Source of the DNA: Oikopleura dioica
Taxonomy: Eukaryota; Animalia; Chordata
Length of the DNA stretch: 64,000 nucleotides
Reading direction: 5' to 3'
Assembly (NCBI GenBank): GCA_907165135.1
Contig: OU015566.1
Location: 2,418,001-2,482,000, forward strand
The translations under genes were made by a program, and so were the position numbers. Under the pieces are notes generated by a model, which saw only the letters and a program-made list of their open reading frames with translations, did not search any database and was not told the origin of the DNA. This document shows positions 61,473 to 64,000 of this stretch, piece by piece (the stretch's first letter is position 1; each line of letters opens with the position of its first letter).

Positions 61473-62628
61473 ATGGCCGAGGAAGTTTCGGAAGAGCAGC
61501 TTAAGGCTCTCGCCATCAAAGAAGAGGAGGAAGAATCAAAATACAAAGGTAAAATCACGAGTTTTCTCCAAAGAATGCTCCCTTGGCCTCGAAAAAATCC
61601 CTATCCGGAACCTGTTTTCTTACTTTTCTAGCTCCCGCTGAGAAATCAATCGCAGAACTGCAAAACCTTGATACAGATGATGAAGCGCTCAAAAGATACA
61701 AAGGTAGGTGCCATCCGTGCTGCTCTCTCTCTAACCTCTGTTTTCAGAACAACTTCTTGGAAACGTCGATGGGGCGACAAGCGCTGATGGCCGCCGAGTC
61801 GTCGTCAAAAAAATACTTCTCAATTCCAAGGAACTTGGCAGTCCGTTGACGATGGATCTTTCCGACACGACGAAGAAGCAGTCTTTTAAAATTAAAGGTA
61901 ATCCCTCAACTTCGAGTAGAGCTCATGTGATTCTAGAGGGAGCCGAATACACCATCGGAATCGAGTTCAAAGTTAGCAACGAGATCGTCTCCGGGCTGCG
62001 ATACAGCCAGGTCGTCACGCGAAAAGGCATCAAGGTTGATAAGATGAATTTGATGGTGGGAAGCTACGCGCCGCGAGCTGATGACTACACTTTCACTACT
62101 GATGCTGATGAAGCACCTTCGGTAAGCGTTTAAAATCTCCCATTCAAGGGAAAGAGCCTCTTTGAAAGAGTCTTTCAAAGAGTGATAAATGAAGTTCGAC
62201 CAGAGATCCTGTTCATCTCATAGAAAGGGAAATAATTTACCCAAAGATGTCTAAAGGAGATGTGATTCAGATGTCCCTTGATGTCGATTAATTTATCCAG
62301 TCGTCTTTAGGCATATTTTATCCCTTTCTGACTCCTCACTGAGGAGTCCTCAGGATGTTTCGAGATGCATGTTGATGTCTACCGGGAGATCTCTTGATGA
62401 GACCTCATGAAGTCTACAGACCTGCTGAGACGTCTGCTTCGGTCCAAAGATGATGAAAGGCACCTTTCATTACTATGATTCTGTCTGAATCAATATTTTT
62501 CCTTAACAAAATTTCAGGGAATGCTGGCTCGAGGCACCTACAAGGTCCAGTCAAAATTCATCGACGACGATAAAAAAGAACACGCCGCTTGGGAGTGGCA
62601 ATTCGAAATCGCCAAAAAGTGGGAATAA
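61473..62628 (+). CDS. ARHGDI: Rho GDP-dissociation inhibitor
   Basis: YK|APAEKSIAELQNLDTDDEALKRYK|EQLLG, FKIK|EGAEY, VSGLRY, MVGSYAP, EAPS|GMLARGTY and WEWQFEIAKKWE. Five GT-AG exons. Confidence 0.97.
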
Positions 62629-63331
62629 CCATCTTCAATCGCGAATCAACCCTTCATTCCAACACAGAAATACCCAACTATCCACCAAAAAGAGTCTCTC
62701 ACTTTCAAAAAGAACCAACCATTGATTATTTCTCACCCCTAGAAAGCTGCCTTCAAATCTACCGTATCTACTCTATCGCACAAAAAAGTTCAACCAAAAA
62801 GAATTCCTACTTGATTTCAATCCAACTCTCATCCAACTTCAGTACCCAGAATAAGACAACAAGATCAAAAGTCAGGTTATTAAAACCCTTCAAATTCAAA
62901 ATGATCCTTTGCCCATCGTCGATTTTGCATGCACAAAGAAATAACTGATCCCTACTTCTTCTTATCTTCATACCTATTCTTGCACTTATTTTGGCCCCTT
63001 TTACGTTATCTTTTCTGTGCAAAAGTAAATAAATTATTGGACATTCTCACAGAAATGCTACTAAAATTGATGACTTTCTCAGATAGAAAAATCTCCTAGG
63101 TTTTCCCATATTAGGATGTCATCAATCTGTCCCTTCTTTTATCATTTCCTTCGTGGTCATTATTTTTAAGGGCTTTTCCTTTTCACAATCAGCGCTATTC
63201 ACGTGTCATCGCGAGGGCAAATATGCCTGTTTAACTACCCGCTGGCTAAGCCATTTTCCCTTTTTTGGAAATATAAATATCGTCGCGCACCTATTCCTGA
63301 CAGACAAAAAATTTGAGAAAAAAAAAACGAG

Positions 63332-64000
63332 ATGGAGCAATCTCTTTTCTTTTGCCACTCTTGCAACCACAGAGCTCAAACTGTTGCAAAACCGTTTAAT
63401 TGCATAAATTGCTTCTCCGTTTTTGTCGACATAGCAGATATTTCTATCAAAAGACCTCTGGAGAAAAGCGATGAATTGATAGAAGCAGAAGATTCAAGTC
63501 AAAGTTTGGCGAAAAAAAGAATACCTCAACAAAGTAAGTTTCAGAAAATTAAAACATAGACACCGTTTGTTTTATATTAACCCAAGCTGGGGAGTCTATG
63601 TTCTCCGACCACAGTTATCACAGAGGGTTCCCTAAAGTACCAGAATGTAGCTTAGGGTCTGATCTGTGGCGTAGGGGTACTTAGAAAAAGTTATTGTCAC
63701 ATGTTGCATCATACAGTGCCTCAATGCAGCTAAAATAAGAGGTAAAGGTCTATTCTGTGGCGTAGGGGGGTTAAAATAATCTCAGGATGTCCTCATCCCT
63801 TTTCTAGAGGGGTTCAAAAACGGGTGGATAATATAAAACAAACGGTGTCATAGTTTTTTCTTTGTTTGACTAGCGAGAAAATCAAACATTTTCCCTCGTC
63901 TATTCATGAACTCGTAAATTTGAAACGCCCAAACTCATTTTCCTTCTTTTCAGGCCGCACAAGCATCAGAGAATCTTCAAACTACATGCAGCAAGAGGAA
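63332..64000 (+). CDS. Probable RNF115/RNF126-like protein, N-terminal zinc ribbon, 3'-truncated
   Basis: FFCHSCNH...FNCINCFSVFVD resembles the RNF115/126 N-terminal zinc ribbon. GTAAGT donor at ~63534 and next exon from ~63954. The RING domain is not in the window. Confidence 0.55.
63652..63775 (+). repeat. Two-copy direct repeat in an intron, possibly inside a TTAA-flanked CCC...GGG element (63581-63770)
   Basis: GGTCT..TCTGTGGCGTAGGGG occurs near 63656 and 63747. Only CCC/GGG match at the putative ends. Confidence 0.5.

Noticed and set aside
1-64000. Autonomous transposase, retroelement ORF, rRNA or spliced-leader RNA gene
   Set aside because: No long ORF with DDE or RT motifs and no recognisable rRNA or SL sequence was seen by eye. 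A profile search would be needed to exclude decayed copies.

Overview
Eukaryotic, AT-rich, gene-dense window with many 35-100 nt introns, several GA-donor introns and an apparent operon. These traits fit a larvacean tunicate such as Oikopleura; this is an inference from gene structure and no database search was run. About 22 genes can be reconstructed by hand: an O-fucosyltransferase-family gene, two GT31 galactosyltransferases, a SEA/Cys-rich secreted protein, a 13-kb KIRREL/NEPH-like Ig gene, small secreted Cys peptides, a coiled-coil gene, an EF-hand gene, an inactive PLA2-like gene, a carbohydrate sulfotransferase hosting an antisense ninjurin-like gene, a C-type lectin, a candidate amidated-peptide precursor, a Shc-like PTB gene, tropomyosin, a NOL12-CEP43-PSMD10 cluster, RhoGDI and the start of an RNF115/126-like gene. 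Introns hold many nested non-autonomous DNA transposons (hAT-, Kolobok-, piggyBac- and CACTG-type termini); no transposase ORF was seen. The most notable signal is a set of non-canonical introns whose two ends base-pair through an 8-12 bp stem at near-fixed offsets, often with an atypical TGAA(A)G acceptor. A young hAT insertion in a coding exon can also be removed in frame as a new GT-AG intron. All exon boundaries are manual predictions without transcript support.
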